Shown here piece after piece: positions 64,000-64,000 of a stretch of 64,000 bases of DNA. Where the stretch lies: assembly GCA_036399795.1 (NCBI GenBank), contig DASWML010000001.1:42712-106711 (forward strand). Direction: 5' to 3'. Position 1 is the stretch's first letter, and each line of letters starts with the position of its first letter. The translations under genes and the position numbers were made by a program. This stretch comes from Flavobacterium sp. (GTDB lineage: Bacteria > Bacteroidota > Bacteroidia > Flavobacteriales > Flavobacteriaceae). Under the pieces are notes generated by a model. The model was given only the letters and a program-made list of their open reading frames with translations, searched no databases and was not told the DNA's origin.

Positions 64000-64000
64000 T

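Noticed and set aside
1-64000. Search for tRNA, rRNA, CRISPR arrays, IS elements, integrases and phage or conjugation genes
   Set aside because: I saw no cloverleaf-like or rRNA-like segments in the spacers longer than 100 nt. There are no regularly spaced repeats beyond the two-copy 28-mer. No transposase, integrase or recombinase motifs appear in any ORF. The scan was done by eye only, so small or degenerate elements could have been missed.

Overview
This is a chromosomal window from a member of the Bacteroidota. The phylum call rests on several proteins ending in T9SS-type C-terminal sorting domains, on many genes preceded by the Bacteroidetes -7 promoter box TAnnTTTG about 15-25 nt upstream of the start codon, and on Flavobacteriia/Chitinophagia-like gene content. 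No tools or searches were run. All family calls come from motifs read in the supplied translations and recalled family signatures.

I found no rRNA, tRNA, CRISPR array, transposase, integrase or phage genes. Most of the window is housekeeping or ordinary accessory content:
- Core genes: cphA (truncated at the 5' window edge), holA, tsaC, uvrD-like helicase, recG, pheT, kdsB, pdxH, rnz.
- An MFP-RND-OMF efflux operon, an M1 aminopeptidase, a Mn-catalase, a bestrophin-type channel and an MscS channel.
- T9SS cargo proteins and a small stress-protein cluster.

The stand-out region is 7983-18355 on the minus strand. It is a nine-gene operon with overlapping or nearly abutting genes, and all nine products look soluble:
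- Two SDR sugar-nucleotide epimerase/dehydratase modules. One of them is fused to a clan GH-A glycoside hydrolase barrel.
- A Zn-dependent alcohol dehydrogenase (Zn-ADH) plus a Gfo/Idh/MocA (GFO) dehydrogenase pair.
- One GT4 glycosyltransferase and three tandem CgeB-like GT-B paralogues.
- A terminal CmoB-like SAM methyltransferase.
- No flippase, polymerase, ABC exporter, priming phosphoglycosyl transferase or other membrane protein. Two orphan multi-PAS histidine kinases bracket the operon.

I propose this operon as a candidate pathway for an uncharacterised intracellular methylated glycan or glycoside. This is inference only.

Secondary observations:
- Two frame breaks sit exactly at A7 homopolymers. 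One is a perfect A_AAA_AAA slippery site that splits a carboxypeptidase-regulatory-like gene.
- A four-gene sensory module carries an orphan protein and a detached 7-TM domain.
- A low-GC islet holds two methyltransferases and is flanked by shared sequence blocks.
- Perfect 28-bp direct repeats lie in a promoter region.
- A GH114-like lipoprotein is translationally coupled to a small secreted protein.
- A 53-aa ORF missing from the ORF track has its own intrinsic terminator.

Many ORF-track starts are over-extended (TTG/GTG or upstream ATG). I trimmed them using conserved N-termini and the -7 boxes.
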